This document shows, one piece after another, positions 47,614-58,976 of a DNA stretch of 62,000 nt; within the stretch, counting starts at the first letter, position 1; every line of letters starts with the position of its first letter. The stretch lies in NCBI GenBank assembly GCA_044892525.1, contig CM097885.1, forward strand, positions 1,426,001 through 1,488,000. The letters run 5' to 3'. The stretch is from Schmidtea polychroa (Eukaryota). The notes beneath the pieces are model-generated. The model was not told the DNA's origin, did no database searches, and saw only the letters and a program-made list of their open reading frames with translations. Position numbers and translations under genes: made by a program.

Positions 47614-48324
47614 GTTATATAGTTGTAGGTTGATATTTGTTAATTTCTCGATGGGTTTTTATGGTGTTTGTTAGTAGTTGTTGTTTGAAACCTAGTGGTT
47701 AGTACTTAGTAACTAGTTAATGGGTAGGTTGTGGTTGAGTGTTACCAATACCCCTACGACTAGTACCTTTACGACCAGTACCCTTACGACTAAAACCCTT
47801 ACGACTAATACCCATACGACCAGTACCCTTACGACCTGTACCCTTAGGGGGTCAAAACATCCTGTCGGATAGACTAAGAGTATATATAATAAAACTGATC
47901 AACAATAAGTATTTATTGAATGCGATTTTTACTTTGCAATAATAAGTCAGTAGTAATCAATTAAAAGAAGAATGTTTTGTTAATTAGAATTCATTAGTCT
48001 TTCATTGTAATTTAAATTATTTTGAATTTCACGTGGTGATGAGTTGTGGTTTTTTTTGATGAAAATCAACATTTTTTGTTAAATTTGAAAAGGTTTTTCT
48101 ACTGATTGTAATTAAAATTATTATAGAAGATGTATAAAAAATTAATTTAAAAAGCATTTCATAAAATACAATGAAAAATATTTAGTAGTTCGTTGTAAGT
48201 ATCTGGTTGTTTGAGAGTTAGTACGTGATATCATGTTGAAAGTACTTATTTGTTAGCACTTAGTTAAAAATATTTAGTAACCGATTGTTGGTAACTGTTG
48301 AATTATTATTATTATTATTATTAA

Positions 48325-48371
<47 letters not shown>

Positions 48372-48946
48372 CATTAAAATTTCCATTTAAATTTTCATTA
48401 AAAATTACATTTCTCAAAAAAGTTGGTGGTTATTCAATCTTTTGATAATAAATTTAAAAATCTTACTTTAATTTACTTATTACATTACTTATTTAAAAAT
48501 TATTACTTTAATTAAATTCTTTAAAATTTATTACTTTAATTTACTTATTTAACATTAATTTAATTTTTTAGAACATTGATTACTTATTTTTAAAATTTGG
48601 ACCTTAATTAACTTTAATTTAATTTTTTTAACTTTAATTTACTTATCCTTAATTTACATATTTATGCTTTATTACTTAATTTTACACCATAATTTACTAA
48701 ACAACTAATTATAACCCTTATTTTCATATTTAACCAATAATTTCATGTGGTCATCTGGTTGTAAGTGTTTGGTATCTAGTTGACAGTACTAGGTATCTTG
48801 TACTTGGTTGTTAGTACTTGGTTGATAATGCTTAGTACCTGGTTGATGTTGGTTGTATGTACTTGGTATCTAGTTGTTAGTAACTAGTAGCTAGTTAATA
48901 GGTAGGTGGTTGTAGGTACTTGGTATCTAGTTGTTAGTATCTAGTT
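47614..48946. repeat. Right copy of the outer inverted duplication
   Basis: Reverse complement of 29002-30261. Confidence 0.9.
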
Positions 48947-48974
48947 TGCTGCAGCGGGCTACTAACTACCTACT

Positions 48975-51900
48975 AATAATCTTAAAATTAATATTTATGA
49001 ACGTGTTAAAGGAAAACATGTTAATAGCAGAGAAATTATTCCAATTTATATTTCAGATTATGAAGTTAGAGATAATGAACCCCAGGATAACACTAGGGAG
49101 ATATATCTTTTAATCTTGGAACAACAAAATAATCAACATTATGTTTTAATAAAAAACTTTCAAGCTTTTACATCACCAGAGAATCCAACTAGTGGAGGAG
49201 GAACATGTAAAAGATGTCTTCATTATTCAACAACTAAAAACTCTATGATTAAACATACAAGATTTTGTGAAAAAGATGATCCAGCTTTAATTAAAATGCC
49301 TAATAATCCCAAGATGTATTTTAAAAACTTTTCAAATTTACTACAAACAGTAGGAGTGCTTTATGGGGACTTTGAATCTATAAATCGTAAACAAGATTTG
49401 GTTAAACAATATTTAAAAATAATAGAAAAAAATAAACTCATGGATTCCTGGAACTCCTCAGGAGAGAAGATGAAACCAGAGAGGATGAAAGCCTTTCTAA
49501 GAAAAAGGAATAAACCTAATAGTGTTAAAAAAACTAAACAATTACCATCTGCTTATAAATTATTATTTAAAAGTAATTATCCTGAACTCATAGAATCTAG
49601 AGAATATACATTTCGAGGAATTTCAGAAACAGAAGTCTTGAATCACTTTACTAAAAGTATAAATGATCTAGAACATGAAATATTTAAAGTATTAAAAACA
49701 AACTATCCTCAAAATATTTCTAATCAACAACAACAAGAATATGAAAACACTTCCAACTGTTGGATGTGTAAACAACCATTTGAAGAGTCTCCGAATATAA
49801 AAGTCCTCGATCATGATCATTTAAAAAAGGAAAATAATTATCGAGGAGCAGCTCATAAAAATTGTAATCTTAATTGTCATACTCCTAAATTTGTAACTGT
49901 TATATTTCATAATCTTTTTGGTTATGACATACATCTATTTATTAAACATTTAGCAGCAAATGCTAAAAACTCTTTCAAAGTTATAGGACTTACAAAGGAA
50001 AAATATAAATCAGTTGAATATGGAAAATTAAAATTTATAGACTCGTTAAACTTTCTTCAAATGTCTCTAGATGGAATAGCTAAAACAATGAAACCAGAAG
50101 ATTTTAAAATCACTCGAGAATTCTTGGAAAAAAATAATATTCCTCTAGAAGAATATCCTACATGTTTAGCAAAAGGAATATATCCTTATGACTATGTTGA
50201 CTCGTTTGAAAGATATAATGAAACAAGTCTTCCTAGCCAAGAAGATTTCTATTCACAACTTCAAAAAAATCTTATTACAAATCAAGAATATTCTCGAGCA
50301 AATAAAATGTGGGAATTATTCAAGTGTAAAACTTTAGGAGAATATACAAGTATGTATTTATCCTTGGATGTTTATATTCTAGCAGATTGCTTTGAAGAAT
50401 TTACAAAATCTTTTGTTCTTAAACCTTACAATTATATAACAGCACCCTCTTTAGCTTGGGATACTTTATTATATACCATTTGGACTTCAAATATAGAAGA
50501 AGCTGATAAAATTATAGATCTTTTAACTAACCTCGATATGTTTAATCTAATTAAAACAAACATTAGAGGAGGAGTCTCTTCAGTAATGGGGAATAGAGAA
50601 ATAAAAGCTAGAAATGCAATAACTACTAGCATAATGCTTTCAAAGACCTCTGATCCATATATAAAAATTAACAATGAGGAATTAAAAGAAATATTAGAAA
50701 CAATGAAAAATCCTATATTTATACTTTATATAGATGCAACAGCTTTATATTCAGGAATTATGACTCAATATTTACCAATGGGTGATTTCATTGAAATAGA
50801 ATCATCAAAAGAACTTATAAAAGAAATACTTTCAACACCTAAAGATTCTCCAATAGGTTACTTTGTAGAATGTGACTTATTATATCCAGATGATATAAAA
50901 TCAGGAACAAGATATTTCCCATTAGCTCCTGTAAGAAGAAAGATTGATATCAATGAACTTTCTGAATGGCAAATCTCACAAGATAAACCCCCAACAATGA
51001 AACTTCTTTGTGATCAAACAGATCGAAGGTTTTATCTTTGTCACTATAGACTCCTCCAATTTTATCTTTCACGAGGTATGATATTAAAAAAAGTTCATAG
51101 TGTCATAAGATTTAAACAGAGGCCATTCATGAAAGCTTTTATCGAGGAGAACATTAGATGTCGAAACATTGCAAAAAGAGAAGGTAACCTTTTTAAAGAT
51201 AATAATTATAAACTTTTAAACAATTCAGTCTTTGGGAAAACAATGGAGAATGTTGATAAATATACTCATATAGAACTTTTAACTAATACTCATAAAGATA
51301 TTAAGCGTTATAATCGTATGCTAGGAAAGCCTACATTTAAAAACGCACAAGTATTTTCTGAAAATCTTACTGCAGTAGAACTAAAGAGTTTTGAGAAAAC
51401 ATACAACAAACCAATATTTATAGGGTTTTCAATTTTAGAACTTTCAAAATTACAAATGTATGAAACATATTATAACATCTTACAACCTATATACGGAGCA
51501 AATATATCAATGCATGCAATGGATACAGATTCAATGTTTTTAACAATAAGAACTCATGATTTACAAAGAGATATAGCTGAAAATCCTATACTTTCAAATT
51601 TAATAAATTCATCTGGAGAATTATTTTCATTTAAAGATGAAAAACCTTTTACTTCTATAGAAAATGGAATATTTATTCGTGCTAAACAATATTCATACGA
51701 AACATTTAAAAACTCTGAATTTATAACCCGAGAAATTATATTTAAAACCCCAGAAAAAGAGGAAATTATTTCATTTAAATATCCTATATTCCCTTAAGGA
51801 CCAGAGGGACAAGAAGAAAAACCTGTAAAGGATAACAGATGTAAAGGAATACAGAAATCCGTTGCAAAGAATCTTTCTCATCAAGATTATATAGATACAT

Positions 51901-52319
51901 TGAATCCAAATCATAAAAATAAAATTGATGAAGTGCATCAGATTAAAAGTGAAAACCATGATATTCACTTGATAGAATCTCAAAAAGTATCATTATCAAA
52001 TTATGATGATAAGAGATTCATCCTAAGTGATTTAAAGACAACTCTTCCTATAGGAAATAATTTAATACCGATAATAAAAAATCTAGAAAAGTTGAATAAG
52101 TTATATGATACAAAAATTACTGATCTTGATATTTATAATGTTGAAATTATTTATCCCGAGAGAGAAATCGAGAAGCCTTTATATTCTCAAGTTTTTAATC
52201 CTATATGTTTAGAACTTAAATATTTTAATACTGATCCTGAATATATAAAAGGTCTAAGTGATAAAGAATTTAAAGATCATAAATTAATGATTCAAAGGTT
52301 GGCTTTCAACGATATTTAA
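48975..52319 (+). pseudogene. pPolB of A', 5'-truncated, one in-frame stop at 51795-51797
   Basis: Homology starts at NNLKINIY (48975). ORFs 49116..51797 and 51900..52319 share one frame. YGDFES, DHDH, FHNLFGYD, KLLNNSVFG, DTDS. Confidence 0.93.
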
Positions 52320-52397
52320 TTTTTTAATAATAAAATGTCGACAATTAATTTAAGCAACTATAGCAACCTGATCTACTTTTTTAAAAATACACCCATT

Positions 52398-52960
52398 TTA
52401 TAAATAAGAATTCTTTAACCATTTCTCCCGTTTAATTTTTTTAGAATATTCATTAGTTATAACATTAGCACTTTTTAATCTATTAATATTATTTTTAATA
52501 TCTTGTATTATTTGATTTGATTTCATTATTTCATCATCAGTTAAGATTCCATCTTCTAAAGCTTTTAATTGAAATAAAAATAATTTAGAGATTCCTAATT
52601 CTATTGACAAACAAACTTCACGATATAAACTTTTCTTTTTTGAAGTATAAGATAATGAAACTATTTCAGTTAAGAAACCATCAGCTACAGAAATACTTCC
52701 AAGTATTACTGGCGCAAGTGTTAAAACTGGTAAAGTTATAGGTAAAATAACTGTTAATATTGCAGATGCAAATCCTAAAGAATAACCTATAACTTTTAAA
52801 ACTGTATTCCCTTTATTCCATCTATTTTTAATTTTTTTATAATGCTTTAATAAATCTTATAAATGTAAGGTTTCTGATTTAAATTCTTTTACTCTCATAA
52901 TTTCAAGTTCTGTGGGAGCTGAAGGTCCCGAAGGTTTGGGGTAATAATATCCTGATGACA
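52398..52960 (-). pseudogene. Membrane protein of A' with a premature stop at 52857-52859
   Basis: Homolog of 6169..6729; CAA changed to TAA. Confidence 0.75.
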
Positions 52961-53005
52961 ATTCTGGGTAAACTTTTTCTTCTCTTACTTCTTCCATTTT
53001 AATAA

Positions 53006-54004
53006 TTAAAAAAATAAGATTTTATTATCTGGTACCAATACTCGGATATCATAAGAGACTCTTGTTGAGAGAATGTCTTTATACAATTCCATCAATGCTT
53101 TACGAACTTCATTAACATCAACCTTTTTTTCATAAAATATTAAATCTATATATTGTACAAGTGTGCTTTTAAAAATAATATTCTTACTTTTAACTTTATG
53201 TAGTCCATGTGAATGAGTATTAACATACCAATCTCCGTGTGGTAAATCATAACTAGTCATTATAACATCACCCTTTTCAAGCTTACTATTATAATCACAT
53301 TTCACAAACCATTTCATTCTTTCATTATCATCATCAAACAAAAAGAAATAAGGATCAATAATTTTTACAACCATAAAAACACCCCATTCTTTACTGTTTG
53401 TTGTTATTAAACTTGGTTCTATAAAATGTTTATATGTATGGGGTAATAATGTTTTATTCTGTTCTAATTCAGCAGCTCTTTTTCTAATACTATGTGTGGT
53501 GTTAATGTGTGTTCCATGAGACTCTAAATTTGAAATTCTTTTATTAAATGATGTAATCATCTCATTTATTATATTATATATTGCATTAAATTTAGTATTC
53601 ATAATTTGTTTATCTTTAGAATTTAATATAGCAGTATTTAACTTTACAACTTGTTCAGTTAACAGACTTTGTAACTTGTCAAATTTATCATTAAATCGTT
53701 GTTCGATATTATTAAGCTTTGATTCCATTGAATCAATTTTTGTTGTTAATGAACTTTCAATTCTTGTTGTTGTTAAATCAGTATATTTTTTAACACCATC
53801 TACATATTTCTTATTAACTGCATCAGCTTCATCAGTTGGAAAAGATAATTCTTTTATCTTGTGTCCATTTAAAATTAAATCACCCTTCATTGAATCACCT
53901 CTTTCATTAATATATTTATTTTCTGTTAAAGTTAATATTTCTTCTGTATTAAACCCTGTTTTTATTGTTCCACCACCTCTATTACATGGAATATAAGAAC
54001 TCAT
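53006..54004 (-). CDS. Putative fibre-like protein of A'
   Basis: Nearly identical to 5114..6124 except for the last ~60 aa. Confidence 0.55.
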   Translation of the reverse strand: MSSYIPCNRGGGTIKTGFNTEEILTLTENKYINERGDSMKGDLILNGHKIKELSFPTDEADAVNKKYVDGVKKYTDLTTTRIESSLTTKIDSMESKLNNIEQRFNDKFDKLQSLLTEQVVKLNTAILNSKDKQIMNTKFNAIYNIINEMITSFNKRISNLESHGTHINTTHSIRKRAAELEQNKTLLPHTYKHFIEPSLITTNSKEWGVFMVVKIIDPYFFLFDDDNERMKWFVKCDYNSKLEKGDVIMTSYDLPHGDWYVNTHSHGLHKVKSKNIIFKSTLVQYIDLIFYEKKVDVNEVRKALMELYKDILSTRVSYDIRVLVPDNKILFF

Positions 54005-54028
54005 TTATTAATAATTTAAAATGAATCT

Positions 54029-54754
54029 TCAAACCTGTTTCAAATGTAAATACATTGAAATCTCTTCTCCATTAAAATCAATCAATTCTCCTTCTTGATT
54101 AAGAATTTTAAAATTAATATCCATTATATATTTTCTACATAAAGGTAAATAATTTGGAGGATTCATTCTTTCAACTATTTTATATCCCATAGGAACTGTG
54201 TTTGAGGGAAAGGAATATAAAACATTTGTTTGTTTACCATTATTATAAGAACCAGTTATACAATCGCAATGAATATTTATTGTGTTTGTATTTATTATTT
54301 TTATAATATTTTCTGATGTTATATTCTCAACTACAGGTGTGATATAATGGTTTCGTATAAATCCTAAAATTGTTCTAAAGAAACTATTATTTTGAAAATG
54401 AATTCCTATATTCTCTAAAGTCATTATACATTTTGAAGTTGGTAAATCCATTTTAATTTTAATGACTCCATTTGTTTTTTTAGAAAGTGTATTATTTAAA
54501 TCTTTTATCTCATAAGCTCCGGGTTCGATTGTTATTATAATCTTATCTGTAGATTTTGGGCTTATATAATAAAATATGTTATTATCTTTAGTTATATTAA
54601 AAATAGTATTATAAGCACAAAACCATAATAGTCCTAATTCATAATTTAAATTTTGATCTAATTTAATTGAATCTTGAAAGTTTATAGTAAAGTCTGATTC
54701 TTTTGAATTTATAGATAAAGTTCTTGATTATTTATCTGACATTATGTTTACCAT
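54029..54754 (-). pseudogene. Penton of A' with an early stop near 54728
   Basis: MVNIMSDK*SRTLSINSKES aligns with A's MVNIMPDKYSRTL; C-terminus identical to A. Confidence 0.8.
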
Positions 54755-55190
54755 TTTTTAAAATTATCTTCCAGAAGTGACCTTCTCCTTTGGATTTATT
54801 CAATCTATACAAAACATATAAGCTTAAAATACCACATATTTTAGTATTATTAGGTTGAACTTGTAAAGAATTAAAAGTGTAGTCCGAGAGATAGTCTTCA
54901 ACTTCTTTAGTAGGTTTAATCCCAAAAGAATCAAAGTATATAGATTTATTATATATACAAACCCAATGAGATCCTTTCTCATTTGAATTTTGATAATTTA
55001 TAATAATATTCAGGGGACTTCGTTTCTTTTGAGTGTCTTCTTTCAGAATATCTTTCAGACTTGTTAATTCATCATTCATTAATATTTTTATTTTTAAATT
55101 TAAATAATTTGCATAATCTTTTAAATCAAAATTTGTTTTTGCATTTATTCCAAATGTTTTTAAAAAATCTAATATTGAAGGATTAGTCAT
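54732..55190 (-). CDS. Adenain-like protease of A'
   Basis: GSHWVC, YFDSFG, QVQP..ICG; C-terminal tail altered by a deletion. Confidence 0.88.
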   Translation of the reverse strand: MTNPSILDFLKTFGINAKTNFDLKDYANYLNLKIKILMNDELTSLKDILKEDTQKKRSPLNIIINYQNSNEKGSHWVCIYNKSIYFDSFGIKPTKEVEDYLSDYTFNSLQVQPNNTKICGILSLYVLYRLNKSKGEGHFWKIILKNGKHNVR

Positions 55191-55212
55191 TTTATATTTT
55201 ATAACTTTGTAT

Positions 55213-56079
55213 TTATAACTTCGTATATTTATTAAATTTATCTTTTTAAATTATTCCTTGTTTTAACAAATCTTTAGAAATCTTTAAAATATCAGAATCT
55301 AAATTATTATGACCTGCTTTTTTAGCTGCTAATAGTTTTCTTAATTCAATAAAAAGGTTGATTGGGTTTGGTTTAACCCTTATACCATCACCTTCTTTAA
55401 CAACATAACCCTTTTCATTTTTATCTAAATATTTCTTTAAATCTTGAATGTGTTTTGCTTTTGAACGAGCTTTTATTGATCTTATAATATTTAAATATTT
55501 TTTAATTTCTTCAACATCATCTGAAGGATATCCACAAAGTAATCTATAAAAATCATCTGTAAATTCAAAGTCTAAATATTCATTATTATAAACATTTTGT
55601 GAATGAATATGTGATCTATTTTCTGGAGTTGTATATAAAGTAAAGTTTTGTTTATTGATTGTTATTATTGAATATCCTTCAGAATTAATATGAAATGTGG
55701 GTTTAATTGAATCACTTAAACCTTCTATAATTTTAGGATTAACTTTAAGAGGTTTTGTTTTTAAAAACATTTCTTCTTCTTCCACATTAGAGGTTCTTCT
55801 ACGTTTTCTTTGATTTCTTTCAGAATGACTTTCAGGATGATTTTCAGTGGATTCTTTCTCCCACTCCAATTCTTTTATTTTTTGTGTTTTATCTTCCAAC
55901 TCTTTAAATTTTGCTTGCTCATTTAATCCTTTTATAGCTTTAATTGTTAATCCTTGTTGTTTTTGGATTACCTCATTTAATATTATAGATTCAGCATGTT
56001 GAGTTGTATCTTATTTATTATACTTGTTTTGTTCTGATTGTAATTTTTTTAAAAGTGCTAATCTTTCTTCATATACCAT
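55213..56079 (-). pseudogene. Conserved Polinton hypothetical protein of A' with two premature stops
   Basis: MVYEERLALLKK..NK*DTTQ and KQGII*KDKF; homolog of 2865..3789. Confidence 0.7.
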
Positions 56080-56101
56080 TTTAATGGTATCAAAAATGGT
56101 A

Positions 56102-56719
56102 TCATGGTTCCTTCCAAGGTTTTAAATATAATCCTTTACCATTTTTAGTTTTACAAAGGCATCCATTCTTTAAAGATTTACACATTTTTTTTAAATCATC
56201 TTTATCTTTTGAAGATAAAGATTCAGATGATGAAATTTGATTTTTTAAAAAATCATTTAAACCGCGGCCTTAATAAGGATCAAGATAGAGACCCTTTTCA
56301 ACGGAGGAACTCCCCTGAGACTTTTGACCTTCGGACACTTTCTGATTTGGATTAAGATAGAGACCTTTTCCAACGGACTTTTGACCTTCGGACACTCCCT
56401 TATTTTTTATTGAATCGATTTCAGTTTGTAGTTTTTCTTTTTCTAGGTCTGTCTTTTGAGATTCTTTAGCTTTTTGAACTGTAGTTGCAATTCCTCCAGC
56501 TATTCCAGCAGCACCTGATAAACCAGCAATGATTGCAGGTATTAAAGCAGCTAATGGAAGAATGCCACCTTCTTTAGCTTCGTGGAGCTTCGCTCTAACT
56601 TGTTCTTTTACATGTTTTCCAATAAAATATTTTTTACCATCAATTACTACTGATTTATTTTTATTTGAATTTATTAATTCTTGCAAAGATTCTTCAGTAG
56701 AGGAACTCTTCGAGGTCAT
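56102..56719 (-). pseudogene. pX-like core protein of A' with a premature stop at 56270-56272
   Basis: Frame continues after LDPY* as GRGLNDF...GKGLYLKPWKEP*. Confidence 0.72.
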
Positions 56720-56734
56720 TTTATAATAAACAAA

Positions 56735-57526
56735 ATGGATATTTGGAAACCAATTTTAAATAGACATAAGAGTAAATTTAATAATAAAGTATTTCCTGAT
56801 AATTTTAGATTATTAATTGTTGGTTCTTCTGGATGTGGAAAGAATGTACTTGTTTTGAGAATGTTACTTGAAGATGATTTTTTAGATTATAATAATTTAA
56901 TCTTTTATTCTACAACCATAAATCAACCAGAATTACAACTTTTGAAATGTGGATTTGAAAATAAATTAACTAAAAAAGCTATAATTGATATTTTTAAAAA
57001 TCAACATAGGTGTCCTGAAGAAGTTTTTCAACCTTGTGATATGGTTGATTGGTATAAGGAAAAGATTTTAGAATCAGATATTAGTAATAAAAATGATTAT
57101 ATTTGTGAAGAAGGGCAGGAGGCAATTCAAGTTTTATTCTCTAATAAACCTGAAGATGTTTTACATTGTGATTTACTTCCTAAAGATAAAAAGAATCTAG
57201 TTATATTTGATGATGTTGTTAATATGAAAAATCGAGAGATTCAAAAGAGTTACTTTACACGAGGTCGACATAATAATTGTAATGTTATTTATATATCTCA
57301 AACATATTATGCTTTAGATAAAAATTCAATAAGAAATAATTCCAATTGTTTTATATTTTTTAAATTAGATCGCCGTGATAAGAATATGATTTATAATGAT
57401 TTATTTTCAAATGTTGAACCTGATAAGAATATGTTTGATATGTTTGTTGATAATCATTGGAAAGAAAAATATAATTATATTTATTTGGATAGAGAAGAAG
57501 CTGAAATATGGAAAAGTTTGTTTTAG
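56735..57526 (+). CDS. Packaging ATPase of A'
   Basis: GSSGCGKN, LVIFDD, RGRH; intact. Confidence 0.93.
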   Translation: MDIWKPILNRHKSKFNNKVFPDNFRLLIVGSSGCGKNVLVLRMLLEDDFLDYNNLIFYSTTINQPELQLLKCGFENKLTKKAIIDIFKNQHRCPEEVFQPCDMVDWYKEKILESDISNKNDYICEEGQEAIQVLFSNKPEDVLHCDLLPKDKKNLVIFDDVVNMKNREIQKSYFTRGRHNNCNVIYISQTYYALDKNSIRNNSNCFIFFKLDRRDKNMIYNDLFSNVEPDKNMFDMFVDNHWKEKYNYIYLDREEAEIWKSLF

Positions 57527-57537
57527 GGCTTGTCGAC

Positions 57538-58947
57538 TTAAAAATCTGTTTTCTGTAGTTCATTATTATAAAATCTACCTAATATTTTTTCATTATTTAA
57601 ATCAAAGATGGTATATGTTATTGGAGTTGTATAATGTATTTTATTTATAATAAAAATTTCATTTGTCCATTTTGCTGTGAATCCTTTTTCAAATTTATTT
57701 TTATATTTAAATATTCTTACTCGGTCACCAATTTTAAACTTTGGTTTTTCAATAACATCATTTTCAATATTTACCACTTTAATGGTTTCAGGCTTCATGG
57801 AAGCATTTAAAGGTGTTAATTTTATAGAACTATGTACATCATTATTATATTCATTTACAATCTTTTGTAACAATTCATTGTTCCATTTTTGTTTTCCAAT
57901 AGCAGTAAAATATTTCCACATTTTATTTTTTAATGTTCTATTTAATCTTTCAACTACGACTGCTTTTCCTTCGTTTTCTGTTGAATATAATTTAATATCA
58001 TTTTCATTTAAAAACTTTGTAAAAACTTTGTTATAAAATTCTGTTCCTTTATCACACCATAAATATTTTGGGATTCTTTGATTTTCTTCAAATATATTTT
58101 CAAATGCTTCTGTAATAGAATATCCTGTTTTATTTTCTAAACACCTTGTAAAAGCAAATCTTGTATATAAATCTATTACAGTTAAAATTATTTTATATTT
58201 TTCAGGGTCTGATGATTTGGGCATAAAGACTAAATCTGCAGACCATGTTTGATCTTTTTCATGTACTTGAACTTTTAAATATTTTTTATTTTTTCTAAAT
58301 TCATGGTGTAATTCCTTTGCATATTCTATTTCTGATTCTGTTGGGGTTTGTAAACTAGTCTTGGCTGTACTCTCGAGGGATCTTTCAATCTCTGCTTGTT
58401 CGATAATCTTTTTATAAGCAACATCTTTTGCTTTCCTAGGACGTCTTGCACCCATGGTGATCGGACTGTGTCCTAAGCCTATGAAAATCTTACCTTTCAT
58501 TGCTAATTTAACTAGAGCTCTTTGAATCTTTTCTTGGGTTGATGGATTTTGGATACTATTTAAATCATGTATTAAATTCACATCTGCAACATGTCTATCT
58601 CTAAGATTTGTTGAATTGTATGCAATGTCATGTTTTAAAGCTGCTTGATCAATTCTATTTATTGGTTTTTCTCCTTGTTTGGGATTATTATTTTCATCTA
58701 ATCTAATATCTAGACGTGTTCCTGGTCCAGTATAGTTGTGTTTAAATAAATGTCTTTCACCTGGATATATTTCTGTAGTAAAAGGTTTTAATATTGAAGA
58801 TGTTGTTTTTGAAGATTGCAAATCGCCTCCAGCTCGTGGAATTAGATCGCCTCCTGTATGTTTTTTAGTTTTTAAATGACTTGCTTTATGATGTCTTGTA
58901 ACTTGACAATTACAACTTTCACATCTCCAATATTTATTTAGAGACAT
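57538..58947 (-). CDS. Intact C2H2 ZnF - parvovirus-type PLA2 - rve integrase fusion, 469 aa
   Basis: CESC..H..H; NYTGPG..PINRIDQAALKHDIAY; WSADL, WCDKGTEF, VVERLNRTLK; no chromodomain. Confidence 0.93.
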   Translation of the reverse strand: MSLNKYWRCESCNCQVTRHHKASHLKTKKHTGGDLIPRAGGDLQSSKTTSSILKPFTTEIYPGERHLFKHNYTGPGTRLDIRLDENNNPKQGEKPINRIDQAALKHDIAYNSTNLRDRHVADVNLIHDLNSIQNPSTQEKIQRALVKLAMKGKIFIGLGHSPITMGARRPRKAKDVAYKKIIEQAEIERSLESTAKTSLQTPTESEIEYAKELHHEFRKNKKYLKVQVHEKDQTWSADLVFMPKSSDPEKYKIILTVIDLYTRFAFTRCLENKTGYSITEAFENIFEENQRIPKYLWCDKGTEFYNKVFTKFLNENDIKLYSTENEGKAVVVERLNRTLKNKMWKYFTAIGKQKWNNELLQKIVNEYNNDVHSSIKLTPLNASMKPETIKVVNIENDVIEKPKFKIGDRVRIFKYKNKFEKGFTAKWTNEIFIINKIHYTTPITYTIFDLNNEKILGRFYNNELQKTDF

Positions 58948-58976
58948 TTTAAAATGTTAAAATATCAGGGATTATA

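Noticed and set aside
32907..47619. 6-bp TSD for the palindrome
   Set aside because: The flanks TTCATA and GTTATA differ, and the right flank is an inverted copy of sequence ending at 30261.
47739..47942. Pro/Arg repeat protein
   Set aside because: Translation of the 15-bp DNA subrepeats.
495..58036. Short ORFs overlapping viral or transposon genes (e.g. 495, 972, 2252, 3618, 5122, 9700, 9815, 22013, 24861, 50432, 53676, 57677)
   Set aside because: Antisense or off-frame shadows of real genes with no motifs.
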